A DNA stretch of 64,000 bases from Octopus vulgaris. Lineage: Eukaryota. Each line of letters starts with the position of its first letter. Within the stretch, counting starts at the first letter, position 1. Position numbers and translations under genes: made by a program. Where the stretch lies: positions 123,690,001-123,754,000 of the forward strand of contig OX597815.1 of the NCBI GenBank assembly GCA_951406725.2, given 5' to 3'. Below, in pieces: positions 39,044-53,164 of the stretch. The notes below the pieces were generated by a model that was given only the letters and a program-made list of their open reading frames with translations, did no database searches and was not told the DNA's origin.

Positions 39044-41037
39044 TGAAGAAAGCATTCGGGCCCACTGTCAGAAAGGTTGCTCCACTGAAGTCCAGAGATG
39101 GCGAGGTCATCAAGGACCAAGCGAAGCAGATGGAGAGGTGGGTCGAGCATTATCAGAACCTCTACTCCACTGAGAATGTGGTCACCAGGTCTGCCCTCGC
39201 CGGCATTCCTGCTCTGCCTGTCATGGAGGAGCTTGACCTGCCCCCAACAAAGGAAGAACTGAGCAAAGCAATTGACTCACTCGCTCGGGGCAAGGCACCA
39301 GGGCAAGACGGCATCGCCGCAGAAGTCATCCAGTGCGGGAAGCCAGCCCTTCTGGGCTATCTCCACGAGCTGCTCTGTCAGTGCTGGGAGGAAGGCTCTG
39401 TCCCTAAGGATATGCGTGATGCAAACATCATCACACTGTATAAAAACAAAGGGGACAGAAGCGACTGCAATAATTACAGGGGCATATCACTGCTCAGCAC
39501 TGTCGGTAAGGCATTTGCCAGGGTGGTCCTGAAGAGGTTGCAAATACTTGCAGAGCGTGTGTACCCCGAGTCTCAGTCTGGCTTTAGGGCAGAAAGGTCT
39601 ACAACTGACATAATCTTCTCACTCAGGCAGCTTCAAGAAAAGAGTCGAGAACAGAGACAGCCCCTATACGTGGCCTTCATCGACCTGGCTAAGGCGTTCG
39701 ACTCAGTCAGCAGGGAGGGGCTGTTTGCGCTCCTGGGTAGGATAGGTTGCCCTCCCAGACTGCTGAAACTCATCACCTCCTTTCACGACGGTATGCAGGG
39801 AACAGTGCAGTTTGACGGATCGCCCTCGGAGTCATTCCCCATCCAGAGTGGAGTGAAACAGGGTTGCGTTCTGGCGCCGACGCTCTTCGGAATTTTCTTC
39901 TCCCTTGTCCTGTCCTATGCCTTCAGAACGTCCGACGACGGAGTGTTCCTCCACACCAGGGCTGATGGTAGATTGTTCAATCTTGCGCGCCTCAGAGCTA
40001 AGACCAAAGTCCGTCAGGTGCTGATCGGAGAGATCCTCTTTGCTGACGATGCCGCCCTAACATCACACAACCAACCGGGTCTCCAGAGGCTGGTCAGCTC
40101 CCTCGCGGATGCCTGCCAAGAGTTCGGCCTTACCATCGGCCTGAAAAAGACAGAGATCATGGGCCAGGACGTCGGAGGGGTCCCCAGCATCAGTGTCGGC
40201 GACCACAGCTTGCAGGTGGTGAACGAGTTCACTTACCTGGGATCGACGGTCTCCAGCAGCCTGTCCCTCGAGCCGGAGCTGAACAGACGGATTGGGAAAG
40301 GCTACTGCTGCCATGGCTAAGCTCTCCAGGAGAGTGTGGGAAAACAACATGCTCACAATAACCACCAAGATCGCAGTGTACCGAGCCTGCGTGCTGAGCA
40401 CCCTACTCTACGGCAGCGAGAGCTGGACAACATACACCCGGCAGGAATGCCACCTCAGCGGCTTCCACATGCGGTGTCTTCAACGGATCCTTGGCATCTC
40501 CTGGAAGGACCGAGTACCAAACGGAGTCATCCTGGAACAGACTAATATGCCAAGCATGTATGCCCTCCTCGTGCGGAGACGACTGCGCTGGCTCGGACAC
40601 GTCTGCCGCATGCAGGACGGTCGCATGCCTAAAGACATCCTGTACAGCGAACTCACCACGGGATCCCGACCCAAGGGACGTCCACAGCTACGATACAGGG
40701 ACGTGTGCAAGCGCGACCTGAGGACTCCCAACATCTGTGTGGACACGTGGGAGGAAACAGCTGCTGACCGCTCTGCCTGGCGTCGGACGGTGAGGAAAGG
40801 CGTTTCCATGGCTGAGGAGAGGAGAGCACAGCTGTGGTTGGACAGGCGGGACAGGAGGAGGACAACTGCAGCAACACCCCACACGTACCCATCGATGTTC
40901 GTGTGCAGCAACTGTACCAAGGACTGCCACTCTAGAATTGGACTGTTCAGTCACAGCAGACGCTGCACATCATCAAAGTAGGCCCCACCCTTGGCGCAAC
41001 CCATTGTCTATCAAGACAGACGGGGATAAAGTAAAGA
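39044..41037 (+). mobile_element. RTE/BovB-like LINE, 5'-truncated, inserted in (GTAT)n
   Basis: RT ORF to 40320 (NYRGISLL, GVKQG, FADD), a single frameshift near 40300, and a C-terminal C2H2 motif (CSNC...SRIGLFSHSRRC) ending at 40981. (GTAT)n on both sides. Confidence 0.93.
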
Positions 41038-41119
41038 TGTATGTATGTATGTATGTATGTATGTATGTATGTATGTATGTATGTATGTATGTATGTATGT
41101 ATGTATGTGTGTGTGTGTG

Positions 41120-41170
<51 letters not shown>

Positions 41171-42054
41171 TTAAAAAAAGACGTGTAGTAAACAAACATA
41201 CAAACATATACCAAATACACAGACAAACAGAAAACATAGAAGTTTACCAACTCTTCTTCAGTTATTGGCCAGAGGGCCGAGCACAATTTCGGCCATTATC
41301 GATAATATTACTTCCACTCTGGAGGCACCGGGAAAAAACTTGCCGGGAATGGGACCTAAACATAACGAAATGAGACTCTAGACGAGACCGTTAGTGGACG
41401 GACGAGGGACAAAACAACAAACTGAATAAAGGCTTAGGGCTACACGAGGACAATAATTAGAATGATGATAATACATATACAACAACAAAAAAAGCTTTAG
41501 GGTTGCAAGACATGACGAAAATGGGTAACGCGAAGGAAAAATGAACATATGTCCCAAAGGACTATAGACGGTGGTGGTGGGATATTGGTGGGTGACCGAG
41601 GAGCTCGTTAAATCGTGACCAGTCCAGTCGAAGGCAAGGCGAAAAAGAATGACACCACCTTAGGCTGTCACGGATCACGTGATAGTGGGAGGAGAGTAAC
41701 ATAGATAGACAGCGAGATAGAGAGATAGTGACAAATTCTACGATCAAATCTTTTTGTTAATTGGCTTTTGTAATGACTGTTTCATTAGCATCAATTATAA
41801 CATATGTACCATTGTTGTGTAAGTTTGTTAATTGTAAATGCATGGTCATTTGATTGAGATGGAAAAAGAAAATGACAAAAGAACGCAAACTAAAATATCT
41901 AGTTCATCCGGAAGAATCAAGTTTATTGCTGTTACACACACACACACACACACACACGTGCGCGCGCGCACACACACATACATTTTTATTTACGAAATGA
42001 GGTGCAAGACGGAAAAGCTGTTTATTGTAGGTGTTGTTGTTGTTGTTGTTGTTG

Positions 42055-42109
<55 letters not shown>

Positions 42110-42512
42110 CATTATTATTATTATTATTATGCTCGACTTGAAATACATTTCCTTTTGACGTTTGGAGAAAATGTGTAGGTATTTGTTGACCAAAGTTTTT
42201 TTTTCTTTTCATTATGAGTTGGAAACCGGTTTACTTTTTATGAAAAGAAAAGAAAAGAAAAGAAAATAATAGTAATTAAAAACGAAAACAAAATAAAGTC
42301 TATATGATAAATACTTACTTATGTGCTAGCGATCGAAGTATTCGGAAGTGTATAAAGAACATTTCATTTTCAGACCGTGGAAGTCCTCAAGTTCCCTTCA
42401 ACTGGAAGGAAGTGAGAGAAAAGGAACAAAAAATCTTGGTTTATTTTGTTGAACAGATCCTGAGAGAAGAAGAGTTTTCTTTAAAGTGATTTTGTGGGTT
42501 ATCTTATATTAT

Positions 42513-42585
42513 ATGGTTATGTTTTCCACTAAGGCTGAATTGTATGTGGTTATATTTACCATTATATGCTTTACGGTAGTTAAAG
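42513..42585 (+). CDS. Ly6/uPAR-domain gene, first coding exon (signal peptide MVMFSTKAELYVVIFTIICFTVVK); exon likely starts at 42374
   Basis: Acceptor ttttcag at 42373, hydrophobic leader and donor AAG/gtaggt. Phase 1 matches the next exon. Confidence 0.65.
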
Positions 42586-42824
42586 GTAGGTGATTTGTTT
42601 GTTTCTACAAGTAATATCGTATTTTATTTGTCCGTCTGTCATCTCTCACCCCCCTCTCTCTCTCTTCGTTATTCTTGATCACTTTCTCTGTCTCATACAA
42701 TCTATCTCCTAGTCGGCTTACCAATCTGTCTACTTGTCTGCTCTAGTTCTCAGTACACGTATGTTCTATCACTGTTTGCATGTTAATGTAACTTCTTAGT
42801 ATACGGTAGACTAAACGTTGATAT

Positions 42825-43571
42825 CAGGGGTAGGGAAACTTTTAAGTGTGTCGGGCAAAAATTAAAAAAAAAAAAAGACCCGTGGGCGGATTACAAGTTC
42901 TAACTTTTATATGTTTCTTTATTACCCACAAGGGACTAAACATAAATGGGACAAACAAGGACAGACAAACGGATTATGTCGATTACATCGACCCCACTGC
43001 GTAACTGGTATTTAATTTTTTCGACCCCTAAAGGATGAAAAGCAAAGTCGACCTCGGCGGAATTTGAACTCAGAACGTAACGGCAGACGAAATACGGCTA
43101 CGCATTTCACCCGGCGTGCTAACGGTTCTGCCAGCTCGCCGCCTTACAAGCTCTAACTTTTATATCTATGTAAATCTTGTATATATCTATGTATAATTCG
43201 ATATACATTGATAAAGATAAGTTTAACACATTAAATTAACACGTAACATCTTGATTAACACCGCCACTGAATTTATGGCGTTTATATTTCTCAGCTAGAG
43301 TGTAGATGGATCTCAAGGGGATGGTACAAACCTAGTAATATATGTTTTATAGTGAAAACAAAATTTCCATTCAAATAGCAATTACCGAACGATTTTCTGT
43401 TCGAGCCTATCCGTTTTAATTCTGTAGTGGAAACGCAACCTACGTCGCAAAAAGGCATACGAGCATTGTATAAATTTTATAATTGGAAAATTGACTATAT
43501 TTTGTACATACGAGTATACCAGCCTACGGGCGCAATAAAATGGGCTCGCGGGCGGGGGTTTCCCACTTCTG
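42825..43571. mobile_element. hAT-like MITE containing a nested SINE
   Basis: TIRs caggggtagggaaac / gtttcccacttctg. 8-bp near-TSD gttgatat / gtttatat. Confidence 0.7.
42913..43143 (-). mobile_element. Full-length tRNA-derived SINE with 22-bp TSD
   Basis: Head ggcggcgagctggcagaa and B box gagttcaaattcc. TSD ttacaag(t/c)tctaacttttatat at 42891-42912 and 43144-43165. Confidence 0.88.
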
Positions 43572-43914
43572 GTTTATATATTTGTTTTGCAAGATTCCTG
43601 ATGTGAAATCGTGTGTTGAAATAGATATTTTTATTTTTCCGGATGGTCATTTTTTCCCCAAATAAACACACGCACTATATATTCGCTTGTCACTTCAGAT
43701 TTATTATCGTTCTTGTTTTATACCCTTTGTCTGGAAATCTTTCGTCAGAAAGAACTAAACAGAACATGAGGAGACACGTGGGATGGAGAACCGCTGAAGA
43801 GGTCACAGGATATGTGAAGATTTCTAGACAAAAGACATAAAATAAGAACAACAATAAATCTGAAGTGAAGAACGAATATACAGTGCGTGTGTTTATTTGG
43901 TAGATTAAACGCTA

Positions 43915-43987
<73 letters not shown>

Positions 43988-44386
43988 TAATTTTATAACA
44001 GGCGAAAAGAAACAAAAAATGAAGACGACAGAAAAAAGGAAAGAAAAAGAGAGAAAGAAGAATATTTAATCAATTTTGTATAAATTTGATGATATTCTTC
44101 TGTCATCTTATTCATTCCTCCAGGGCGTGATGTTAATAACCTGCAAACATATTTCTCCTCATACATTCTGAGAAGTGAAAGTGAAGCCGATTCAAAATAT
44201 TTTCTCTGAGAATATGCACTTTCAAGTCTTCTTCAAAATTGCAGCTGCTTGAAACGAAATGTTCAACAAGTTCTGTCAACTACTGTTATTGTGCCTGAAG
44301 TCGAATCTGTGCCCATTAAGCCTTTTGTTTAATTGTTCTGTTGTACAACCAACATAAATTAAGTTGTGTTTCGTGCATTCTGCAGT

Positions 44387-44387
<1 letters not shown>

Positions 44388-44480
<93 letters not shown>

Positions 44481-44509
44481 TAATATTAATGATAATAATA
44501 ATAATAATG

Positions 44510-44562
<53 letters not shown>

Positions 44563-44780
44563 AATAACTGTGATGGTGATAATGAAAAACAAACAAAAAT
44601 AACAATAATAAGATACTGCTGTGACTACACATAAAACAATATCATTGATGATGATGGTGGTGATGGTGATGGTGATGATGATAATGATGATGGTAATGGT
44701 GGTGATGATGATAATGATGATGGTAATGGTGGTGATAATGATGATAGTGATGGTAATGGTGATGATAATAACAATAATAA
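44388..44780. repeat. (TAA)n and (GAT/GGT)n microsatellites flanking the Dong element
   Basis: Direct read. Other trinucleotide tracts at 42032-42130, 43915-43987, 48568-48612 and 3181-3230. Confidence 0.95.
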
Positions 44781-47700
44781 GCCGACTACGGCTGCTATAA
44801 TGGTACGATTATAATTGTAACGGCAATGATGGCCGTCTCCCCACGAGCCAATCAAAGCTAAAAAATGATAACATTATCGTAGCACCAAAATGTTTTTGGA
44901 AACTAAAAGGAAAACTAAATCAGTATACCAAATCGCTTGCCCTATGGTTAATCTGGAAGCGCGTCCCCCAGGGAAGAGCCAGCCTGGGATCGAAAAGTCA
45001 TCAACTGGCACAAACTCTTCTCCGAATACGGACATGGATGGTCACTTGAACGGGAAATCCCCCAACTCGAGCCCTCCAAGTTCACCACCACAACCACCAC
45101 AGAAAGAAAAATGTAAGCGGAACAAATGGACCCGAGAAGAGTATAAAGAAGTAATATACGCTTATTACTATGCATTAGGTAGGCCATCTCAAGAGAGACA
45201 CACCGCAAACTCTTACAGTATATGGAGAACACGGAATCAAGACAGTAGGCCCTATTTGGACGAGAACAAATTAGCAAATGTGAGGAGGAATATCCTTAGA
45301 AATAACAGACTCACAGACAGTGAAATAAGCGCGATCAAGCACGCAACGGAAAATAACATAAATATAAGACACAAAGGAAATGAAGAATCAGATGAACAGT
45401 ATAGCCCGCCACGAGGCTTAATTGAAAGACTGCCATCTGACCAAAGTACGCAAAGGCCTGAAGATACAAGAAATTCTATTGTACCTGTTAAAGATAGCCA
45501 GGAAAACAAAAAAACAACAGTAACTGAAGATCTCGCATTTGCTGAAGAACACAGAGAGTCTATGGCAGAAATGAGGCAGAAAATCCTGAATACGCTTGAA
45601 GTTGTAAGACATACAAGTATGAATGATAGAGAACCACTTCATAAACTCTCAAATACAAACCAAAATAAAAAACAAATCCAAATTGGCAACTATGTAACAA
45701 ATGAAATAATACGAGAATTAAAACCTGATTTTACTGAGTTAAATGAAATTATTTACGCTTCTGCTAGGGCAATTGAAACCAGCTGTATGCCCCCGAAAAA
45801 ACAAAGAAAACAAAACCTGGGAAGAAATCAAACCTGGAGAAGTAAAATTGAAAAAGAGATTGAATTTATGAGAGGGGAAATATCAATATTAAATGAACTA
45901 ATATGTGGAAATGATGTAAGATCCAGAACAGGAAGAAAGATGAAGAGAAAATTTGGATCCTCACCAAGAGAAGAACTGATATCAATAAAAGAAACGCTGA
46001 AACAAAAAGTCCAAGCAAAAGCCCAAAGAATACGAAGATTTGAGAAGAGAAACAAGTTTTACAAAATTTACAACAACAAGCATGGGAAGACATCACAATA
46101 GCAGACCTAAGAAAGGCACTCACGAAGGCCCATAATTGGAAATCCCCCGGTAAAGATAGGGTGCCGAATTTCTGGCTCGCATCGCTCCCATGCGCACACG
46201 GTAAGCTAGTTCAGCTGCTCAATGGAATTATAAGAGACCCAAAGAAAACACCTGAATGGTTAGCAAGTGGCATTACTTACCTACTCCCAAAGAATAACGA
46301 AACCAACCTTCCAAAAAACTATCGGCCTATAACCTGTCTATCCACCACGTATAAAATCCTAACATCTATCCTGGCGGAGAAAACATATGCATTCATGGAG
46401 AAGAACGATATTTTCCCCATTGAACAAAAAGGGTGCCGCCGAGGCTCTTACGGATGCAAAGATCAACTGCTAATCAATCGTATGATCCTTGAGAACTGTC
46501 ACAACAAGCGCAGAAATCTCAGCACCGCATGGATTGACTATAAAAAGGCCTTCGACAGTATACCGCATCCATGGATCTTGAGATCGCTGGACATCTTCAA
46601 AATTTCCCTGTGATTTCAAACTTCCTGAAGCACAATATGTCGTTGTGGAATACGAATCTCCAATTATACCACTCTAATGGAGTACTTGCCTCAGAAAATA
46701 TAAACATCAACTGTGGAATTTTTCAAGGTGACTCACTTTCACCTTTAATATTCTGCATAGCCCTAATACCCCTTACAAGTGAATTAAACAGAACAGGGTA
46801 TGGGTATAAAATTGCCAATAAAAAAATAAGCCATCTATTTTATATGGATGACTTAAAACTTTATGGTAAAGACAATAATGAACTTGAAGGCCTATTGCGC
46901 ACCGTGAAAGCATTCAGCGATGACATCGGGATGGAGTTTGGACTTGAGAAGTGTGCCAAGGCCACTTTCCAGAAAGGGAAAGTGAAGACCACAAATTCAG
47001 TCGTGTTAGATGTTGACACAGTCATAAGAGAGCTTGAACAGGAACAAACATACAAATATTTAGGGATAAATGAAGGCTCTGGTATTCAGCAATGAAGCAT
47101 GAAAGAGAAAATCAGGAAGGAATGTTATAGGAGATTTCGTGCAGTCCTGAAATCTAAACCAAATGCACGTAACAAGGTGTTAGCTATAAATTCCTTAGCA
47201 GTTCCAGTTGTTACTTATAGCTACAATGTGTTGAACTGGAATATGAGTGAAGTAAAGAATATAGATAGGAAAATACGCAAGCTGCTGAGTTGTAATAGGA
47301 TGCACCACCCAAAGGCAGACGTAGATCGCCTTTACCTTCCCAGAGCCCAAGGAGGTCGAGGCCTGATCCAATTTGAACTAGCTTACAAAACAACCACAAT
47401 TGGACTGACCAAATATCTCGAAATATCGAATGACTGGATGCTAAAGTTCGTGGAAAATCACGAGAGACGAAAGAAGCTTCATTCTATCATAAAGGAAAGC
47501 AAAAAATTTGCTATTGATCTCGTGCAGGATACCCAAACTGAACAACCCGAGGGAAGTACGGCAACTATTGTTGCAAAGAAGGTGAAAATGATGGCAATGA
47601 AAAAAGCGCACGAGCAATTGGCTGATAGGTGGGAGGAGAAACCTCTGCACGGCAAATATGTGACCCGCAGCAAACAAGCTGATGTTGACCAGAAGCAAAC

Positions 47701-48570
47701 CCATCAGTGGCTACGGAGCTCAGGGCTAAAAGCAGAGAGCGAAGGTTTCATCCTGGCTGCTCAAGATCAAAACCTATTAACTCGGAACTACCAGGCCAAT
47801 GTGATGAAAAATGGAGCAGACCCAAAATGCCGATTCTGCAACGACATGATTGAAACAGTGGACCACCTAATCTCTGGATGTAAAGTCTTAGCACCAGTGG
47901 AGTATAAATTAAGACATGACAGAGTTGGCCAATATCTCCACTGGCTAATAAGTCGGCATTACAATATCAAAACTGCCGACAAGTGGTATAATCACCACCC
48001 TGAGGCTGTAACTGAAGGAGAAAATGTAACCATTCTGTGGGACTTTCCAGTACATACAGACCGAACCATCAAGGCCAATAAACCAGATATTGTTGTGAAA
48101 GACCAAAACAATAAAGTTTGCTTATTGATCGACATGAGCATCCCCTGTGATCATAATATCTCAGCGAAAGAGTTTGACAAGCTCAGAAAATATAAAGACC
48201 TACTCATTGAAATTGAGAAAATGTGGCATCTCAAGGCGGTTACAATACCAGTGATCGTAGGAGCACTAGGAATGATTAAGAAGGGAACCGAAAATTATAT
48301 GAGAATGATCCCTGGCTTACCATCCCTGCAAGAAGTGCAAAAGATTGTCTTAACTGGTACATCACACGTATTGAGAAGAGCATTGTCGATGTGAGAACTG
48401 TTGCTGCTCATGTATTTTAATTTAACTTTAAAAAAAAAAAAAAATGAACGAACTACTGAGTTTGGTTTAATGGCCTACCAATGTATACTATGAGTTTCTT
48501 TGCCCTAGGAGTCGGGAAGACACTCGGCAAGAAATGATAGCAAATTTGAAAGAAGAAGAAAAAAAAGTAA
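44781..48570 (+). mobile_element. Dong/R4-clade non-LTR retrotransposon with restriction-like endonuclease; near full-length but disrupted
   Basis: ORF pieces 44890-46101, 46161-46613, 46571-47095 and 47099-48394. Motifs NYRPITCL, QGD, YMDD, CCHC (CRFC..ETVDHLISGC), RHD, PD..D and K..KY. Flanked by (TAA)n. Confidence 0.93.
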
Positions 48571-49416
48571 TAACAATAATAATAATAATAATAATAATAA
48601 TGATGATGATGATGGATCCTCTCGTCGAAGACGACGTATGAGTGTTCAGTGTTTTGCTAAACGACCTGTACAAACGACTTGTTTATAGTGATCAAATGTA
48701 TGTGATATAAATAAGCTCGCTCCCCGCACCCCATAATACTGACGTTGCCTGAACAAGTGTGCCGCTCGTCATATGTCGAAATGATCGCCGAGCAACGTAA
48801 AAGGAAGTGTTTCGCCCAAGAACACAACGATCCGCTCGTTCAACAGCGCAACGATCTGCTCGTTCCGGAATCTAAGTCGTGATCTGGCGATCGTGATCGT
48901 GGCGATCGTGTTGAGAAAAATACATTAATTGTCATAGATAAAATATTGTTTAAATTAGATTGATAGAATCGGCAGAGCGCCGGACAAAAATGCCTTGCAA
49001 TATTTGGATGCGGTCCTTTATGCTGTGAGCTGAAATATCGCTGAGATCAGCTTTGTGGTTTTCATCCTTCCGTTGCTGCAAAAATAATTTACCTGTTAAA
49101 TAATTGGATCGATATAGCCGTCAGTATTCAACTCTCTCTGAATTTGCGGTCTTGTGCATATCTTTAATAGAAATCAAGGCGGAGTAATGAAATGGCTATC
49201 CCTCAAAGTACCTTATCGCACGGGAAGCTAGAAGGGTACGGAAATAGGGGACATGTATGCATGTATGCATTTATGTGTGTGTGTATGTATGTATGTCACT
49301 ATTAATTTTTTTTCAAGATTTCTTGCTAATAGAGAAAGAACCGGTTTCTAACCTAGGTTCAAGATTCCTTCATTGAAATTTCAACATCAACAACAGGGTA
49401 CTTTTGTTTGTTAGTT

Positions 49417-49448
<32 letters not shown>

Positions 49449-49732
49449 TGTATGTATGTATGTATGTATATATGTATGTATGTATGCATAAATATGTATA
49501 TTCTTTTATTCCTTTAACTGTTTCAGTCATTTAACTGTGGCCAAGCTAGAGCACCGCCTTTAGTCGAGCAAATCGACCCCAGGAATTATTCTATGTAAGC
49601 GTCGTACTTATTCTATTGGCCTCCTTTGCCAAACTGCTAAGTTACTGGGACGTAAACCCACTAGTATCGGTTGTTAAGCGATGTTGAGGGACAAACACGC
49701 ACACACGCAGAAACATACACACAAATACATAC

Positions 49733-49835
<103 letters not shown>

Positions 49836-50001
49836 TACATACATATATATATATATATAAAAACAACGGGCTTCTTTCAGTTTCCGCCAACCAAATCCAC
49901 TCACAAGGCCTTGGTCAGCCCGAGGCTATAGCAGAAAACACTTACCCAAGGTGCCACGCATTGGGACTGAACCCGGAGACATATGATTGATAAGCAAGCT
50001 A

Positions 50002-50925
50002 CTTTTATTCATATTATTTACCACAAGGGCATTACATAGATGTAGCTGCGGGCTGGACATTACATTAATGAGATGAAATGATAAACGAAATTATGATATT
50101 AATGAGAGGAGCAAAAGACGCCCGCCGATCTTCTGCTTCTCTAAACCATTGTTCTTAAAAAAAAAAACAACAAAACAAAACAAAAAATTAACGAGGTATT
50201 AAACCTCTTACCTCATTTCTTACAATTACTGGACTTATAAGTCCATTACAAATTGAGGCGCTGAGCCTCTTACAAACAATAAGATACAATAAACATTTTA
50301 GGCATTAAAGCCTCTTTATCCTTCCTCCCCGACCAAGCTGTATGCCTCCCGTAGGCAATGCTCCAGCTCTAGGTCGGGGCCCCAGAAGGCGAACCTAAAC
50401 TGGTCCTTCGGGAAGGAGTCAATCACTCTGAACATATCGAGTTCCGATATGACCTCCTTAGTCACCTGCGGAGGCCAATCCGGGTCTTCAGTCCAGTGCA
50501 TGAGCTCCTCCCTCCGGCCCTCTAGCTTCCTTAAGAAGCTCTGCATTGCTCCTCCCTTATGGAAGAAGATGACAAAATCATCTCTCGTCGCTCTGGGAGG
50601 GGCCACAGTTTCCTCTGTCGGTGGCACACTTCCCACCGACAAAGTTTCAGGGTATGCCGGTCTCCACCTCCTCGTCTTCCTCCATCTCTCCCTCCAACGG
50701 GGGAACGGGGGGGCGCTACTTTTATTAACTGCCCCAGGACCTTACCTTGGTCAGTTTTTCTTAATGTGACCCGGTTCCAGGCACAGGTGACACCGGGGTG
50801 GGGGTGAGATCCCTCAAGAATCACCGGATACCTAGAACCGACCATCCTCAAAAAATCTGGAAAAACCAGATCATTGGCTGGTTGGGTCCACAGGATCAAA
50901 ACTCTTTCTCAATTTCTATTTGAGA
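50002..50925 (-). mobile_element. 5'-truncated ORF1-only L1/Tx1-like element
   Basis: ORF1 remnant (VILEG..P..C..GH.KKN across a frameshift; 50316-50899) runs straight into a 3' UTR ending cccttgtggtaaataatatgaataaaag. Confidence 0.55.
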
Positions 50926-51250
50926 GAACACAGTGATGGTGTCGAGAGACTTGGAATACGTCCTCAACACCACCGTTCTCTCGTTGAAGTCTTTTACCCA
51001 CTGCTTGGGGGGTACAATCACCCACGCCAACGTGGTGTTTATCTCACTCGCTCGCTCGCTCACTCACTCACTCACTCATTCACTCACTCACTCACTCACA
51101 ATCCGGAGTATCGCTTACGTGAACGTCACTGATCTGTAAAAGAACATGACAAAACCATCTCAAGCATTATCCTCATTTCCCCTTAATCGTTATCGTATGT
51201 CTTCATAATCGTTGACGTCATTGTTAGTTTTTAACCGTCTTATATTTCAG

Positions 51251-51406
51251 AAATGGGAGCCACGCTGTGTTACGAGTGTTCAACGAAGTTTTTGACTAAC
51301 AAAAAAGACAACAAAAACTGTCCTATTAATGATTATGTAAAGAATATAGCTGTCAACAAGTGCAACGGAATATGCATTTATAGAACAAACACGGAACATC
51401 CCGAAA
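51251..51406 (+). CDS. Ly6/uPAR-domain gene, coding exon 2 (EMGATLCYECSTK...NCP...KCNGIC...)
   Basis: tttcag acceptor, gtaaat donor, phase 1-1. LCYEC is an N-terminal LU motif. Confidence 0.85.
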
Positions 51407-52313
51407 GTAAATTAAAAAAGACTTTGATTATTTTTCAATTTATATAGTTTTAGCATAGATTTTATGTGAGATTCAATGTTTCTGAGGAAGAAATTGTTGC
51501 GAAGTTGTCATCATTTGTTTTAAAGCAGCACACTGCAGCCATCCTCTTGAAATTATTGCTTCGATATTTCAGAGCTGTACTTGTGTAGCAAGTGAGTTGA
51601 TCAGAGGCCGTGTGTTCAAACTGAAGTAATTAAATCGCGGAAGAGCCATTGTAGTTATTTTGTAACACACAAATTGTTAAATTTATTTTAGATTAATTTC
51701 ATAACGTCTTTATAAAAGTTGAACACTTGAAAGTAGAGAAAGTTCAGTGCCACTGAGTATGTTTTTCCTCTTCTTAACGTAAAACTAGTGTTTTATAATA
51801 AAGATGATTATGCCATTGTTGATTGAGTGGTAATTCATTGAACACAGGCTGTCATGAATCTGTCTTACGAATTTATGAATTGTTCAGATCTTGCAAGATT
51901 CACACATTCTTCAACTTGTATTCTTCACCTGTGTTTTATAAGGTGTTATAGGTATCTTTAAATAGCTCTGAGCTGCAGTCAATAATACACTGGCTTAATG
52001 AATTACTCATTTTGACATAAACATCTGATGAAGCAACTGGTCACATCTTATTCAAATAAACTACAATGACATCTCATAAAAGCAGAAAGAATATTTAAGT
52101 AAATAAAAAAAAAAGATTTGATATGAAAATATTTGTTCGTAATGAATTTATGAATGAATCACAGTGAGAGAAAACTTTCATATACGAGGAGGTCATTCGT
52201 ATAAAATTAAGCTAGTTTTATACTATGTAGATATGCTGTTGAAAAGTCGTTTTTGTACTGCTTTTCTATCGAAGAAATGTTAATAATTTGATATTTAATT
52301 ATCTTTCTTCTAG

Positions 52314-52439
52314 CTTACTTTCGCTCCTGCTCAACTCTTCATAGCCTACCAAAAGATATCCCGGACTCAGGTTGTTATTCTTATGGCGATAATGTATTTT
52401 GTTTTTGTAACAAGGATAACTGTAATGGCGCACCGATTG
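52314..52439 (+). CDS. Ly6/uPAR-domain gene, coding exon 3 (TYFRSC...GCYSY...FCFCNKDNCNGAPI)
   Basis: ttctag acceptor, gtaagt donor, phase 1-1. CxCxxDxCN is the LU/quiver C-terminal motif. Confidence 0.87.
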
Positions 52440-53054
52440 GTAAGTAAACGAGTTGCATATTTAAAATTTTATTTTGCTCTTCGAATAAGCGCATACTATT
52501 TATAAGAAAACTCTAGTTATCCTGATAGTCATTGGCAGTTGTTATATACGAAGTGTAATTTCAGAATTTAAGATCAATCCAGATAACATTAAAACAATGT
52601 ATTTACTAACATTCATAACACAAAATGAATACATCACTATACAAGATACAAACTATTGAAAAATATTGAGGGAAAAATGCAATGTTGTAGAACTTACTTC
52701 AGTTAAAATTCCAAGAACAAGTGTTTGTGTTCCCCATTGAAAGTAAATGAGTTCTATAGAGCTCTTTTTAAGGTTTTACTCAACAAATTACCTTAAATCG
52801 ATGATGGCCCATTCAGAAAGATCGACAAATTTTCAATTTGTTCAATCTCAATGGCATTGTTGCTGTGCCTACAATACTTGAGGGACGTTCACCCACCATT
52901 TCATACAAAATGGACGCAAATGGATTAAAGCTGCTTCCTGCATTGCACGACTTGTAAGCTACATAATATTAATAATAAAGAAACAAAACCCAAATCATAA
53001 ACAATGGGGATTTCCATTTTTAAGGCGTCTAACCAATATAGAACAGTGTATGAT

Positions 53055-53087
<33 letters not shown>

Positions 53088-53164
53088 ATTTACTAATAAA
53101 ATTGAATCAGTCAATCACGCTATTTCGGGGAATACATGTAAAATAGCGGTTTCGTAAAATGAAG

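Noticed and set aside
44781-44890. HDV-like ribozyme in the Dong 5' UTR
   Set aside because: I could not assemble the nested double pseudoknot by eye; it needs a covariance-model search.
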